A DNA stretch of 64,000 bases, from contig JBKBPM010000001.1 in assembly GCA_046293175.1 (NCBI GenBank), forward strand, positions 593,408-657,407. The letters are read 5' to 3'. This document shows positions 9,853 to 19,190 of this stretch, one piece after another. Each line of letters starts with the position of its first letter. Within the stretch, counting starts at the first letter, position 1. The DNA comes from Minisyncoccia bacterium (GTDB taxonomy: Bacteria; Patescibacteriota; Minisyncoccia; Phycocordibacterales; UBA918). The position numbers and the translations under genes were made by a program. Under the pieces are notes generated by a model. It was not told where the DNA came from, ran no database searches, and was given only the letters and a program-made list of their open reading frames with translations.

Positions 9853-10896
9853 ATGCCTGTATTTGTACCGTCTACCACAAAACGCCGTCCTCGTAATTAT
9901 CTTCGTCTGTTTATTTGGACGAGCACCTTTCTTTGCACCCTCGCAGGCGTGGCTTTGATTGCGGTTTTGACGCAAAAGACTGCCACTCTAACGAACATCC
10001 AAACAAACGTCCCTATAAGCGACACCGCCCTGCCACCGCTGCCGGTTGGTGTTGACCCTGTAGCCAAAGTAATTGAAGAAAACCCTGCCGTCGATGCGTA
10101 CATGTCTGCGTTTGTGGCGAGCAACCACACAAAACCTACTATTGGGGATAGTTGGTTTGATCGTGTCTTAGCCAAACTCACTGAACATGACTGGTACCAA
10201 AACCTCGCTACCCCAGCGACACGCATTCTCATTATTCAATCAGGTGAGCGACATGAAGAAATTGCCAAAAACTTTGCACGTATTCTCCGGTGGACCCCCG
10301 AAGAAAAAAGTATTTTTACTGAACGACTGATGGATGAAGTACCGCCAGTAAAAGACGGCAAGCTCTATCCTGGCCGATACGTTGTTTCGAGTGATGCTGG
10401 ACCAGAAGAAGTAGCAGTAGCAGTGGCTGATCGTTTTAATGCAGAAGTTCGGACCCGTTACACTGATGAGGTAGCCAAAATCCTGCCGCTTAAAGAGGCA
10501 CTTATTATTGCTTCTTTGATTGAACGAGAAGCCTACGACTTTAATGACATGCGCTACATCTCCGGCGTGATTTGGAATCGTTTGTTTATTGATATGAAGC
10601 TGCAGATTGATGCCACGCTCCAGTACGTCCGCGGCGAGCAAAGTGCGGCCGCTGGTGGTCGCTGGTGGCCTGTCCCGAGGGCGCAAGATAAATTTATTAA
10701 ATCACCGTACAACACCTACCAAAATGTTGGCTTGCCCCCAGCACCGATTGCAAACCCGTCTATAGACGCTATTATCGCCGCCCTCAATCCCCGTGACACC
10801 GATTGTCTTTTCTACTATCACACTGATGATGGCACCTTCTACTGCAACGCCACCTACGAAGCACACGTAGCTGGTATCAAAGCGCATTTGAAATAA
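9853..10896 (+). CDS. mltG: Endolytic murein transglycosylase MltG (YceG family)
   Basis: N-terminal TM and a YceG-like domain (…LIIASLIEREA…; …SPYNTYQNVGLPPAPIANPS…). Confidence 0.8.
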   Translation: MPVFVPSTTKRRPRNYLRLFIWTSTFLCTLAGVALIAVLTQKTATLTNIQTNVPISDTALPPLPVGVDPVAKVIEENPAVDAYMSAFVASNHTKPTIGDSWFDRVLAKLTEHDWYQNLATPATRILIIQSGERHEEIAKNFARILRWTPEEKSIFTERLMDEVPPVKDGKLYPGRYVVSSDAGPEEVAVAVADRFNAEVRTRYTDEVAKILPLKEALIIASLIEREAYDFNDMRYISGVIWNRLFIDMKLQIDATLQYVRGEQSAAAGGRWWPVPRAQDKFIKSPYNTYQNVGLPPAPIANPSIDAIIAALNPRDTDCLFYYHTDDGTFYCNATYEAHVAGIKAHLK

Positions 10897-10921
10897 ACTT
10901 CAAAAAATAACTTTGACTATC

Positions 10922-11365
10922 TTATTTTGTGGCATCATTAACTAAATACTGCAGATCTATTTGACCAAGTTTGCCAGCCGTAAAATCAGACCAGACACCA
11001 ACCGGCCTCATGATCCGCGTATCATGCATATTTACCCAATTCACTGTGGCGAGTTCGTGTGCATGTGTTGGCGACTGTCCTCGATTTCGGAAATCAGCTG
11101 CATTATCAATCCAAAACAAAAACTCTACCACGTGTTTGCTATTGTCCTGCGTAAAATTATGAATATAGAGTAGTGCGCCAACAATAGGTGTTATACCTAG
11201 TTCTTCTTCCAGTTCACGGACTAGACCAGCCTTGATATCCTCACCCCATTCGAGATGCCCACCTGGCAATGCCAAAAACCCTTCTTTCCCTACATGCTCA
11301 ACTACCAATAGCTCACCTCTATCTATAATGATGCCCCGACAACGAATTTCAAATGTCTTGTCCAT
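10922..11365 (-). CDS. NUDIX hydrolase
   Basis: Nudix box GGHLEWGEDIKAGLVRELEEELGI. Confidence 0.8.
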   Translation of the reverse strand: MDKTFEIRCRGIIIDRGELLVVEHVGKEGFLALPGGHLEWGEDIKAGLVRELEEELGITPIVGALLYIHNFTQDNSKHVVEFLFWIDNAADFRNRGQSPTHAHELATVNWVNMHDTRIMRPVGVWSDFTAGKLGQIDLQYLVNDATK

Positions 11366-11380
11366 GTGTTTGATGATACC

Positions 11381-11743
11381 CTATTGCCATAACGCCAACC
11401 ACACCCCAATGTAATGCACCACCACATACAGGAAGAAGAGGTAACCAAGCACACCAACAATGAGTGTGAGCGCAAGGTAATTAATAATTTCATTACGCCG
11501 ACGTTTGGCTTCATCAATGGTACAGATACCTTTTTTGCGGGTTAGGTAATAATAAAGAGAACCAAGTAGCGCCAGTAGACCAACTCCACGAAATGCCCAC
11601 TTGTAATCTCCATAGAGAGTATCAGCGAGTGATGAGGCAAAACTAGCGCTCGCAATACCAAGGAGCACCAAAATAACCGGCGATAAACAACATAATGAGG
11701 CTAGTAGTACCGGGACACTTGAGATCTTAAAAATATCTTTCAT
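11381..11743 (-). CDS. Small membrane protein with a CC motif. It is the last gene of the trx-ccdA/msrAB operon.
   Basis: 120 aa with three or four TM helices and an SLCCLSPV motif in TM1. It is tightly spaced after the msrAB fusion gene. Confidence 0.4.
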   Translation of the reverse strand: MKDIFKISSVPVLLASLCCLSPVILVLLGIASASFASSLADTLYGDYKWAFRGVGLLALLGSLYYYLTRKKGICTIDEAKRRRNEIINYLALTLIVGVLGYLFFLYVVVHYIGVWLALWQ

Positions 11744-11752
11744 ATATAGTTA

Positions 11753-13603
11753 TTATACGGCAGACAGCCACAAACCGTAGCCAGCCGCTTCCATGTCAGC
11801 TAGTGGAATAAACCGGAGAGCAGCACCATTCATACAGTAGCGCATTCCTCCACGATCAGTCGGACCGTCCGGAAAGACGTGTCCGAGATGTGAATCCGCA
11901 AATCGTGACCGAACTTCTGTCCGAGTTGAAAAGAGCTTTTTATCTTCATGTAGGGTCACGGCAGTGTCATTGATAGGACGAACAAATGACGGCCACCCCG
12001 TGCCTGAATTATACTTGTCACGCGATAAGAATAATGGTTCACCAGAAACCACATCGACATAAATCCCCGGTTCATAATTTTTATCTAGTTCACTGGTACC
12101 TGCACGCTCAGTACTATCCTCCTGTGTCACCCGATACTCAATATCAGACAATTGCTGACGTAAGATATCGTCACTTGGCTTTACATAATTGTTCCAGCTA
12201 TCGGCAGTAAATGGTGTTGGCATAGTATTTGTAGTTACGGTTACTTCAGGGACGGTAGAATACTCAAACGTGTTTGCACTACTCCCCCAGACTCCTTCAT
12301 AAAACTTTGTCCGTCCTGATGCAGCTCGGTAGTAATTATACCGAACCGGATTCTTCTTGGCGTAATCTTGATGATATTCCTCGGCGACATAAAACATTGG
12401 TCGTGGCAGGATAGGTACAGTTATTGGTTTTGCTAATTTCCCCGACTTAGCTACGGCTTGTATAACAGCAGTGGCTATCTCCTTTTCTTCTTCTGTACCG
12501 TAATAGACTGCTGGAGCATAGGCCGCACCCCGATCATAAAACGAGCCTTCGCCATCGGTTGGGTCACCATGTTTGAGAATATGCTCAACCAGGTTTCCAT
12601 ACGACACTACCGTCGGATCATACGTCACCTCCACCACCTCACGATGACCACCTTGATAATAATCATCATATGTCGGATCAATCGTGTTCCCTCCCGCAAA
12701 ACCAGAGACAACAGCGATGACTCCAGGAACTTTTTCGAGATCGTGTTCAACACACCAAAAACAGCCGTTGGCCAATAACGCCGTTGCTGGAGTAACATCA
12801 ATTACTTTTGTATTGGTAGACACTGGCTGTGTATCAGCTGATTCCTGAAACGCTGAATCAGCGGGTACCGACGGTGCAAACTGCTCAAGCAATCCCTCTT
12901 CGAATTGAATGGTGGCTCCATAGCCGCCATCAAGAATCTTGGATTCAATCATTTTGTCAACACCTGAGATAATCGCTAAACCAACAAGAATTAAGAGGAT
13001 ACCCAACCCTTGCTTAATCATCGACGCGGTTGCAAAGTGACCGAGTATTCGATTGATGAGCTGTTGTCCGAAGTACGCTATAAGAAGCAATACCAAAACC
13101 AATCCTAGTACAAAGGCTCCTAGGTATAGTAATCCTATAGCCAGAGTAGCCGGCAGCACGGTGGCAATGATGTAAAGATAAGTTGGACTACAAGTCGAAA
13201 AAACGGGACCAAGCGCCAAGCCCATCATGACATCACCAGAGACGTTATTCTTCTGATACCCCTGGCCAACTGCTCGGTTACTCGTTCGCGAAAGTGTTGC
13301 CACTAATGGAATACGACCCCATGCTGTTGGGAATACTAATGTTAACCCAAGAAGCACTAACACCCCGCCTGAGAAACCTGTCCAAAAACTCGCTGGAATG
13401 GTGATAAGTAGCGTCGACACCTTGAGTAGTAAGGTAAAGACTATAACCGAAATTCCTAAGGTCCCAATCACGATGATTGACCGTCGTGAAAGCCCTCGCG
13501 CACCAGGCTCACTTGCACCAATTACCACTGGCAAGAGTGGTAAGATGCACGGTGCTAATACTGTAAGCACTCCAGCTAAGAATGAAATTAAAAGTAATGA
13601 CAT
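11753..13603 (-). CDS. msrAB: Tri-domain fusion: CcdA/DsbD-like membrane electron-transfer domain, MsrA, and MsrB (extracytoplasmic methionine sulfoxide reductase)
   Basis: N-terminal six-TM CcdA-like domain with Cys in TM1 (LAPCILP) and TM4 (FSTCSP). MsrA motif GCFWCVE. MsrB motif with GWPSF…RYCMNGAAL. Confidence 0.8.
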   Translation of the reverse strand: MSLLLISFLAGVLTVLAPCILPLLPVVIGASEPGARGLSRRSIIVIGTLGISVIVFTLLLKVSTLLITIPASFWTGFSGGVLVLLGLTLVFPTAWGRIPLVATLSRTSNRAVGQGYQKNNVSGDVMMGLALGPVFSTCSPTYLYIIATVLPATLAIGLLYLGAFVLGLVLVLLLIAYFGQQLINRILGHFATASMIKQGLGILLILVGLAIISGVDKMIESKILDGGYGATIQFEEGLLEQFAPSVPADSAFQESADTQPVSTNTKVIDVTPATALLANGCFWCVEHDLEKVPGVIAVVSGFAGGNTIDPTYDDYYQGGHREVVEVTYDPTVVSYGNLVEHILKHGDPTDGEGSFYDRGAAYAPAVYYGTEEEKEIATAVIQAVAKSGKLAKPITVPILPRPMFYVAEEYHQDYAKKNPVRYNYYRAASGRTKFYEGVWGSSANTFEYSTVPEVTVTTNTMPTPFTADSWNNYVKPSDDILRQQLSDIEYRVTQEDSTERAGTSELDKNYEPGIYVDVVSGEPLFLSRDKYNSGTGWPSFVRPINDTAVTLHEDKKLFSTRTEVRSRFADSHLGHVFPDGPTDRGGMRYCMNGAALRFIPLADMEAAGYGLWLSAV

Positions 13604-13606
13604 GAG

Positions 13607-14215
13607 TTATTGAACCTGGGCAACAATACTCGCAAGGGTTGAACCACCACTCCACTTCTTGATAAGTTTACCACTCGCATCCACTTGCACGAGTGTATGC
13701 TGCGTCGTGACACCATACTGCTGCTTCATAGCTGCCGAATTGTCATAATCTACTTCAAGAATCGTTAGTCCGGCTGGAATCGCTTCAAGATTGGCTTTGA
13801 TATTCCCATCAAGGGCACGACAACTTGGACACCATGATGCTTTAAAGAATAGGACGACGTCGCCAGTGTTTGCCATCGCTAGTTTACTCACTTCGTAGGG
13901 TGCATATTCACCCACCTTCTTCATAGCTTCGTCGCCTGACATAGCTTGATCTTCTTTTTTCATCATGACTTCTTCTCTGGACATTGCTTCGGCTTTATTC
14001 ATATCATCATTCATCATCTCGCCGTCTTTCTCCATCATCATCTTTTCATCCATAGCCTTTTGCTCCATCATCGCTTTCTCCTCCATCGTAGCCTTTTCCA
14101 TGGCCGCTTTTTCGGCCATCATGGCAGCATCATCAGTTTTACCCATCGACAGGACATACCAGCCACCAGTAAGTACCACTCCCGCAACAACAAATCCCAC
14201 TATTGCTTTTTGCAT
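13607..14215 (-). CDS. Membrane-anchored thioredoxin-like protein (WCPSC) with an extremely Met-rich low-complexity linker
   Basis: N-terminal TM, an M/E/K-rich stretch of about 75 aa (MMAEKAAMEKATMEEKAMMEQKAMDEKMMMEK…), and a Trx fold with a WCPSC active site. It sits immediately upstream of the ccdA-msrAB gene. Confidence 0.7.
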   Translation of the reverse strand: MQKAIVGFVVAGVVLTGGWYVLSMGKTDDAAMMAEKAAMEKATMEEKAMMEQKAMDEKMMMEKDGEMMNDDMNKAEAMSREEVMMKKEDQAMSGDEAMKKVGEYAPYEVSKLAMANTGDVVLFFKASWCPSCRALDGNIKANLEAIPAGLTILEVDYDNSAAMKQQYGVTTQHTLVQVDASGKLIKKWSGGSTLASIVAQVQ

Positions 14216-14246
14216 AAAATTACCAAAATAAACGGTTATGGGTATA

Positions 14247-14284
14247 GTATAGTCGACTTTACATTTATGTAAAGTCGACTATAC
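14247..14284. promoter_or_regulatory. Perfect 18-bp-arm palindrome, a candidate operator, upstream of the trx-msrAB operon
   Basis: TATAGTCGACTTTACATT / TATGTAAAGTCGACTATA at 14247-14284. This is 32-70 nt upstream of the trx start and just downstream of the stop of 14299..14658. Confidence 0.45.
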
Positions 14285-14298
14285 ATTCGCTTTGGGGA

Positions 14299-14658
14299 TT
14301 ACTGCCGATCTAGGTAGAGTCGAGCGAGGAGCTTTGTTGAGACCATCACGGCCAATACGACTGGTATCCACGGATCTATTTCGTGAGCAAGACCTTGCAA
14401 TACAAGTGCCAACATCAATACCAACATACCAGCCACATAGGCGACCCGCCCTGATTGGGATTTGATATTCACTTCCCGCTCATCACTCGCTGTCTCAGAA
14501 ACAATTAATCCTGCCCAAATAAGCAAGAGAACTGTCACCATCACAAGCGCCACCATCTCACCCATCATCGGCATCCAAAATGGTATGAAATCTGCCAATG
14601 CTAAAAGAAAGAATGTAATGACTAATGCGAGCGTGGTAAACAAAAATGATTTATGCAT
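14299..14658 (-). CDS. Small membrane protein that partners with the upstream XRE regulator
   Basis: 119 aa with four TM helices. Its start is 2 nt after the stop of the HTH gene. Confidence 0.4.
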   Translation of the reverse strand: MHKSFLFTTLALVITFFLLALADFIPFWMPMMGEMVALVMVTVLLLIWAGLIVSETASDEREVNIKSQSGRVAYVAGMLVLMLALVLQGLAHEIDPWIPVVLAVMVSTKLLARLYLDRQ

Positions 14659-14659
14659 A

Positions 14660-14860
14660 TTATTTTATGGTGAACATGTCCTCAACAGTCACGTTAAAGA
14701 CGCGAGCTATCTTAAGTGCGAGTAAGACTGATGGAGTATAGTTCCCTTTTTCGATTGATATGATGGTCTGTCTTGTCACACCAAGAGCCACTGCTAATTC
14801 TTCTTGGGTCATAGCAGACTTAGTGCGATATTCGTTGACTCGGTTGTGTACCGTCTCCAT
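14660..14860 (-). CDS. XRE-family helix-turn-helix transcriptional regulator
   Basis: MTQEELAVALGVTRQTIISIEKGNYTPSVLLALKIARVF is a classic Cro/C1 HTH. Confidence 0.8.
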   Translation of the reverse strand: METVHNRVNEYRTKSAMTQEELAVALGVTRQTIISIEKGNYTPSVLLALKIARVFNVTVEDMFTIK

Positions 14861-14924
14861 ATAGCAGGTATGCTAGCACGTTTTTCACAAACCGCGAGGA
14901 TTTTCAAATACTGCTTGGTATAAA

Positions 14925-15668
14925 TTATTCTAGACTAAACGTAGCACGAGTGGTTACCATCACCTCTTTATTAAGTGATCCAGTGTCGTATGAACCATAG
15001 TCACTAATGTCTACCCCGCCTTGCGGTAACACCTGAACCACGCCACCTACAGCATTGCGAAGCGTACCAACATTTCGTCCAGATTCAGAGGCAATTGCTT
15101 CAGCGCGAGCAGTGGCATCTTTAATAGCGAGAGACAAGAGTTTGACGCGCATCTCATCCAGCTTACTGTACGTTAGCTCAAAGCCGCCTGTGGTTACCAC
15201 ATACCCATCTCCATTAAGTGGACTGAGATCATTGGCAAGTGTGGTGAGCTTGCCTACATCACTACTGCGCACAATCACACTCCGGTAGATGGAGTACCCA
15301 GTCTGAACAGCCTCGGCATTTTGTGGGTAGTAGTAGGTGGCACTAATACTTCCAGCCGGTGTTTCAAAATCAGTATGGCCTTCTGACGTTAAATAGGCAG
15401 TTACCTTATCGACAGCTTGACCGAGTCGTTCAATCCCAGACTGTTGGTCATTGAGGCCAGTCTTCGCTTCAAGCATGATGGTAAGTCGTCCGGTGTCAGC
15501 CACCACCGACTCTTTGGCGGAACCAGTAACTTCAATCGTGTCACTCGCCAGTTTAATATCGTAGAGTACCTGTCCCCCATACCAAACCATCAGTCCAAGG
15601 GCGACCACAAAAATGGTAACCGCCGCCACTCGTGGTTCACTGTAATCAAATAATTTATTGAAATGCAT
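14925..15668 (-). CDS. SIMPL/DUF541 (YggE-like) periplasmic protein
   Basis: N-terminal TM and the SIMPL domain pattern (…GYSIYRSVIVRSSDVGKL…). Confidence 0.7.
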   Translation of the reverse strand: MHFNKLFDYSEPRVAAVTIFVVALGLMVWYGGQVLYDIKLASDTIEVTGSAKESVVADTGRLTIMLEAKTGLNDQQSGIERLGQAVDKVTAYLTSEGHTDFETPAGSISATYYYPQNAEAVQTGYSIYRSVIVRSSDVGKLTTLANDLSPLNGDGYVVTTGGFELTYSKLDEMRVKLLSLAIKDATARAEAIASESGRNVGTLRNAVGGVVQVLPQGGVDISDYGSYDTGSLNKEVMVTTRATFSLE

Positions 15669-15731
15669 AGGTATGAAATAGGGTAAATAATGTACTCATT
15701 ATATACCTCTCATTTCACTTCTGCACGATGT

Positions 15732-15977
15732 CTACAAACCGGGTTTGCGTGTGCCGTCTCGCTTAAAAAATGTCCACACGTAATACTGCTCAACCTTCTC
15801 TCGCGCCCAGGGAGTCTTGCGCAAAAAGGTGAGACTTGAGTTGATACTCGGCTTGTCGGTAAAACACTTAATCTTGATCTTTTGCCCAAGAGCTTCAAAG
15901 CCATAATGACTAACCAATTCTTCTACCTGTCGTTTGAGCGTAATGCCGTGGAGCGAATTATTTAGTTGGGTGGTCAT
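15732..15977 (-). CDS. DUF2132 (VF530-like) small protein
   Basis: ORF 15732..16052. Likely start is the internal M (MTTQLNNSLHGITLKRQVEELVSHYGFEALG…KTPWAREKVE). Confidence 0.5.
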   Translation of the reverse strand: MTTQLNNSLHGITLKRQVEELVSHYGFEALGQKIKIKCFTDKPSINSSLTFLRKTPWAREKVEQYYVWTFFKRDGTRKPGL

Positions 15978-15979
15978 AA

Positions 15980-16270
15980 TTATTTCTTCTTCACAGGTTT
16001 GAACCACTTGGCAGCACTTGGCCGACGGTGCGGACACCCCGGCCAACAGCACGGACGACGCTTCCCGCGTCCGAGGTCCTCGGTCAAACGGCGCAGGTGG
16101 TCGGCCCGGGTCTCAGCTTTTTTGACATAGGTTACCCAGCAAATCCACTCGTTACGTGCGAGCGGTGTAAGGCCATTCCAGATTTCTGGCATGCCTTTGA
16201 CACCGAGAAGTACCTTCCGCATATCAGCCGGTAACCGGTGATTCACCCCAGTGGCGAGGGTAGTTGTCAT
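15980..16270 (-). CDS. YdeI/OmpD-associated (OmdA) family protein
   Basis: C-terminal pattern …NEWICWVTYVKKAETRADHLRRLTEDLGRGKRRP… matches the OmdA family. Confidence 0.5.
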   Translation of the reverse strand: MTTTLATGVNHRLPADMRKVLLGVKGMPEIWNGLTPLARNEWICWVTYVKKAETRADHLRRLTEDLGRGKRRPCCWPGCPHRRPSAAKWFKPVKKK

Positions 16271-16344
16271 GGCACTATTCTATCCTACAAATCATCAATA
16301 TAGAAAAAGACCCTGGGCACACATGCACCCAGGGCCAGACCACT

Positions 16345-18114
16345 TCACTGCATGCTTCGTTCTTGGAGCTCGCGGATATAGGCTTGCAGCCGCTCCACGG
16401 CTTCTGTCCGTTCGAAGATGTACTGAAACAAATCAACGCGCACCGCTTCGATTTCGTCCTGAAGCTGTTTATCGGTGAGCACCTGCTCCCGTAGTGCTGC
16501 GATAGTTTCGTCGCGCTTTTGCACGAGTGTATTGAGACGGTTCACCTCCTTGGTTTTTTCCTCTACCAGCACAGACAGCGCGTCGATTTCTTTTTTCTTA
16601 TCGTCGAGAGCTTCCAAAAGTCCGGCAACAACATTGTCTGCGAGCATCGCTGCTTGCGAGACGATGGTGCGATTCGCCGCCTTAAGGTCTTTCAAGGTAG
16701 TCGCGAGCTTGCGTTCGAGGGTATCAATCCGTCGCTTGCGCAACGTACCAATACGACGAGCTTGTCTGAGCTCCCCTTTCATGTCCTCAGCCACAGGCCC
16801 GCCGCTATTTGATGGTCCCACCACAGTTTGCACTACCGGCGGGGCAATCATTTTTTCATGAAGCGCTGCGGCCAACAGTTGCCCTGTCGCAAAAAGCACA
16901 CCAACCAACTCACCAAGCTGCTTGATACGTTCGATCTGGTAAGTTTCCCGCTCGTACTGTTCGCGATCAATTTGCTGGCGACGGCGATTCGCAGCAGCAA
17001 CTTCATGGTCCTTTGTCGACAACTGGTTACGGAGAACCTGGTTTGTAGCTTCAACGTGTTGCAGTCGAGTCTCGAGATTCTCAACCCGAGCTGCTACCAC
17101 CACCAACGCCTTCTTTTCTCTTTCGAGCGTCGACAGCTTATGTCGTAGCAGTTGATTTTCGAGCCGCAAACCACTCTCATCAACGACCACCGGTTGCTGT
17201 GCGACCGGAGGTTCTACTCGCTTTACTGGTGGCGATACCACAGCGCGTCGCACTGGTTCCACCTTTGGTGGTGGCGCCACCACCACTGGTGGCGGTGATG
17301 GAGCCGGCGTCGGTGCTTGCGGAGTCATGGCCTTCGGCTGGGCCGGCGGTGGTACCGTCGGTTTGGCCGGAGGTATTAGTGGCGGCTTGACCACTTCTTT
17401 AACCACCGGCGTCACTGGTGGCTTTGGTGCAGGTGGCGCTTTTGGCGCCACCGGCATTTTGACCACCGATTTGGCCGCTGGTGCCGGTTGCGGCAGAGCT
17501 CTTACCGCACGCGGTTTCGGCAGTTTGACCATCATCATAGCATCTTCGAGTGGTGTGGGCGGCTTTACTTGCTTACCTCGACTCTTAGCCACATAGATTG
17601 ACGGTCTAGCATCTTCTTCACGAAACAACAATCCACTCGCCTCAGACATCTGCTTGAGAATAATAGAGGCATCGCTCGCTTCAGTTGTTTCAAGGAGCTG
17701 CACCAACTGGTACAAGCCAGTCCGATAGAGTTGGACCAATTCGGTGCCAAGCGGCTTGTCTCCTGGATGAAGATCCCGCACTAGGGTGGCAAGCAAAGAT
17801 GGATCACTTGTCCCGAGGGACGAAGCGTACTTCTTCTCAGTATGAAGCCAATTCGGCGGCTTTGCCTTGGCAGGACGACTGAGAATCGCCAACACTTCTG
17901 CAAGATGTGAGACTGCCGAAACGGGCACCAGAAGTGACTTCGCCTTCGCCTCAGGTACCTTGATAATGTTGCCAGTACCAAGATGAAGGGTAACCATGCG
18001 GATATTTTCACCAAACACCTTCTCGGTCTTAGTCTCTCCGACCGTGCAGATGCCATGGCTACCGTACGTGACTTTTGCCCCTTGCGAAAAGGAGACATTA
18101 GCTGATTCATTCAT
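16345..18114 (-). CDS. CarD/CdnL-type RNAP-interacting N-domain fused to a Pro/Ala/Lys-rich linker and a long coiled-coil C-terminus
   Basis: Likely start is MNESANVSFSQGAKVTYGSHGICTVGE… (CarD_TRCF-like). It then carries about 90 aa of PxxP/APK repeats and about 270 aa of heptad-rich Q/E/R/L sequence. Confidence 0.65.
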   Translation of the reverse strand: MNESANVSFSQGAKVTYGSHGICTVGETKTEKVFGENIRMVTLHLGTGNIIKVPEAKAKSLLVPVSAVSHLAEVLAILSRPAKAKPPNWLHTEKKYASSLGTSDPSLLATLVRDLHPGDKPLGTELVQLYRTGLYQLVQLLETTEASDASIILKQMSEASGLLFREEDARPSIYVAKSRGKQVKPPTPLEDAMMMVKLPKPRAVRALPQPAPAAKSVVKMPVAPKAPPAPKPPVTPVVKEVVKPPLIPPAKPTVPPPAQPKAMTPQAPTPAPSPPPVVVAPPPKVEPVRRAVVSPPVKRVEPPVAQQPVVVDESGLRLENQLLRHKLSTLEREKKALVVVAARVENLETRLQHVEATNQVLRNQLSTKDHEVAAANRRRQQIDREQYERETYQIERIKQLGELVGVLFATGQLLAAALHEKMIAPPVVQTVVGPSNSGGPVAEDMKGELRQARRIGTLRKRRIDTLERKLATTLKDLKAANRTIVSQAAMLADNVVAGLLEALDDKKKEIDALSVLVEEKTKEVNRLNTLVQKRDETIAALREQVLTDKQLQDEIEAVRVDLFQYIFERTEAVERLQAYIRELQERSMQ

Positions 18115-18224
18115 GATCGTGCCTCCTTGCAACGATGTTTGTAGATGGGCTTCTAATCGCCAAGTATGCCAAAGTACTCCTTGTAAAGCAAGGCAGTAAA
18201 CAACCATCGGACTTAGTTCACCCT

Positions 18225-18835
18225 ATCGGGATGAACGATTTCCCGGCTTAAGCCGGCGTATGGGTGATGATTAAGATATTAATTTGTTAAATAGTGATGG
18301 TTGGTCAATCTGATTATGGTGATGTTGATACTTAACGTATCGACGTATAATCATTTCATCTAGACCGATCGTTGATACAAAATAAACCCTGGCCCAGAGA
18401 GATTCTTTCTCGTATAGACCATGGGCTCGTTTTATTCTCTTCTTCATCCAAGCCGAGCTCTTCCCTTTAATTTTTTGCATTATGTATGAGACCGAGTCTC
18501 GTGGTGAAACAGATAGAATTAAGTGGATATGATCTTCTTGTATATTGAGTTCAATAATTTCCCAGTATTTGTATTTAGTTATTAATTCGAAAGTACGTCT
18601 TAACTCGTCTGTAACCTTTTGTGCCCCCAAGACCTTGCCTCGATATTTTGGAGTCCAGACCAGGTGGTATTTCATTTCGTAGTAACAGTGTGATAGTGTT
18701 TGGATGGTACGTTTGCGCATACGTATTTGAATTTATTACTAAAGCCGGGCTGCCGCCCGGCTTTAGTATATGCGTTGCCTTCAAACGGACACTCCGGCTA
18801 AAGCCGGAGGTTTTTAGAGATAAAAACACCACGAT
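18225..18835. mobile_element. IS200/IS605-family insertion sequence (TnpA only) with subterminal hairpins
   Basis: Carries the tnpA ORF. Hairpins are CCGGCTTAAGCCGG (about 18243-18256), AAAGCCGGGCtgccGCCCGGCTTT (18741-18764), CTCCGGCtaaaGCCGGAG (18793-18810), and aacaccacg…cgtggtgtt followed by a T-tract. The element boundaries are approximate. Confidence 0.7.
18271..18720 (-). CDS. tnpA: IS200/IS605 family Y1 (HUH) transposase TnpA
   Basis: HIHLIL HuH motif and a Y1_Tnp fold pattern (MKYHLVWTPKYR…). Confidence 0.85.
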   Translation of the reverse strand: MRKRTIQTLSHCYYEMKYHLVWTPKYRGKVLGAQKVTDELRRTFELITKYKYWEIIELNIQEDHIHLILSVSPRDSVSYIMQKIKGKSSAWMKKRIKRAHGLYEKESLWARVYFVSTIGLDEMIIRRYVKYQHHHNQIDQPSLFNKLIS

Positions 18836-18872
18836 CAACCCGACCGTGGTGTTTTTGATAGTGAGACGAGGA

Positions 18873-19190
18873 TTATTTAGTCTCTTGTTCGTCAGGTTTT
18901 ATCGCTGCTTCAGTCGTTGAAACAGTTTTACTCATGAGGAAAATTTTGATAACGCCAAGTGCAATAATCCAGTAGACAAACATCGCGAGAAGAGTTGTCC
19001 ATTCAAAGACACTGCCAGCTACATACGTCTTACTAAATACGTTCAAAAACGGCGATGCAAAGATATAAGTTACGGTGTAAATAAATGAGGTGAAGCCAAT
19101 TTCAACATTAGCACCAAGCAGCTTTAGTACAAATCGAAATACGAGCAACACTCCAATAAACCCTAAGATATACCAAAGGAGGTGCCCCAT
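18873..19190 (-). CDS. yggT: YggT-family membrane protein
   Basis: 105 aa with two TM helices and the YGGT pattern. Confidence 0.6.
   Translation of the reverse strand: MGHLLWYILGFIGVLLVFRFVLKLLGANVEIGFTSFIYTVTYIFASPFLNVFSKTYVAGSVFEWTTLLAMFVYWIIALGVIKIFLMSKTVSTTEAAIKPDEQETK

Noticed and set aside
15732-16270. DUF2132 plus YdeI/OmpD-associated pair as a candidate toxin-immunity module
   Set aside because: Both are common small housekeeping or unknown proteins. There is no toxin-like domain and no mobile context.
17199-17596. Plus-strand Pro/Gly/Ala-rich ORFs (17199..17390, 17327..17596) and other antisense ORFs inside long genes (for example 34418..34951 and 35567..36001 in copA, and 44498..44953 in pyrG)
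   Set aside because: These are antisense shadows of GC- or Pro-rich coding regions. The opposite strand carries well-supported genes.
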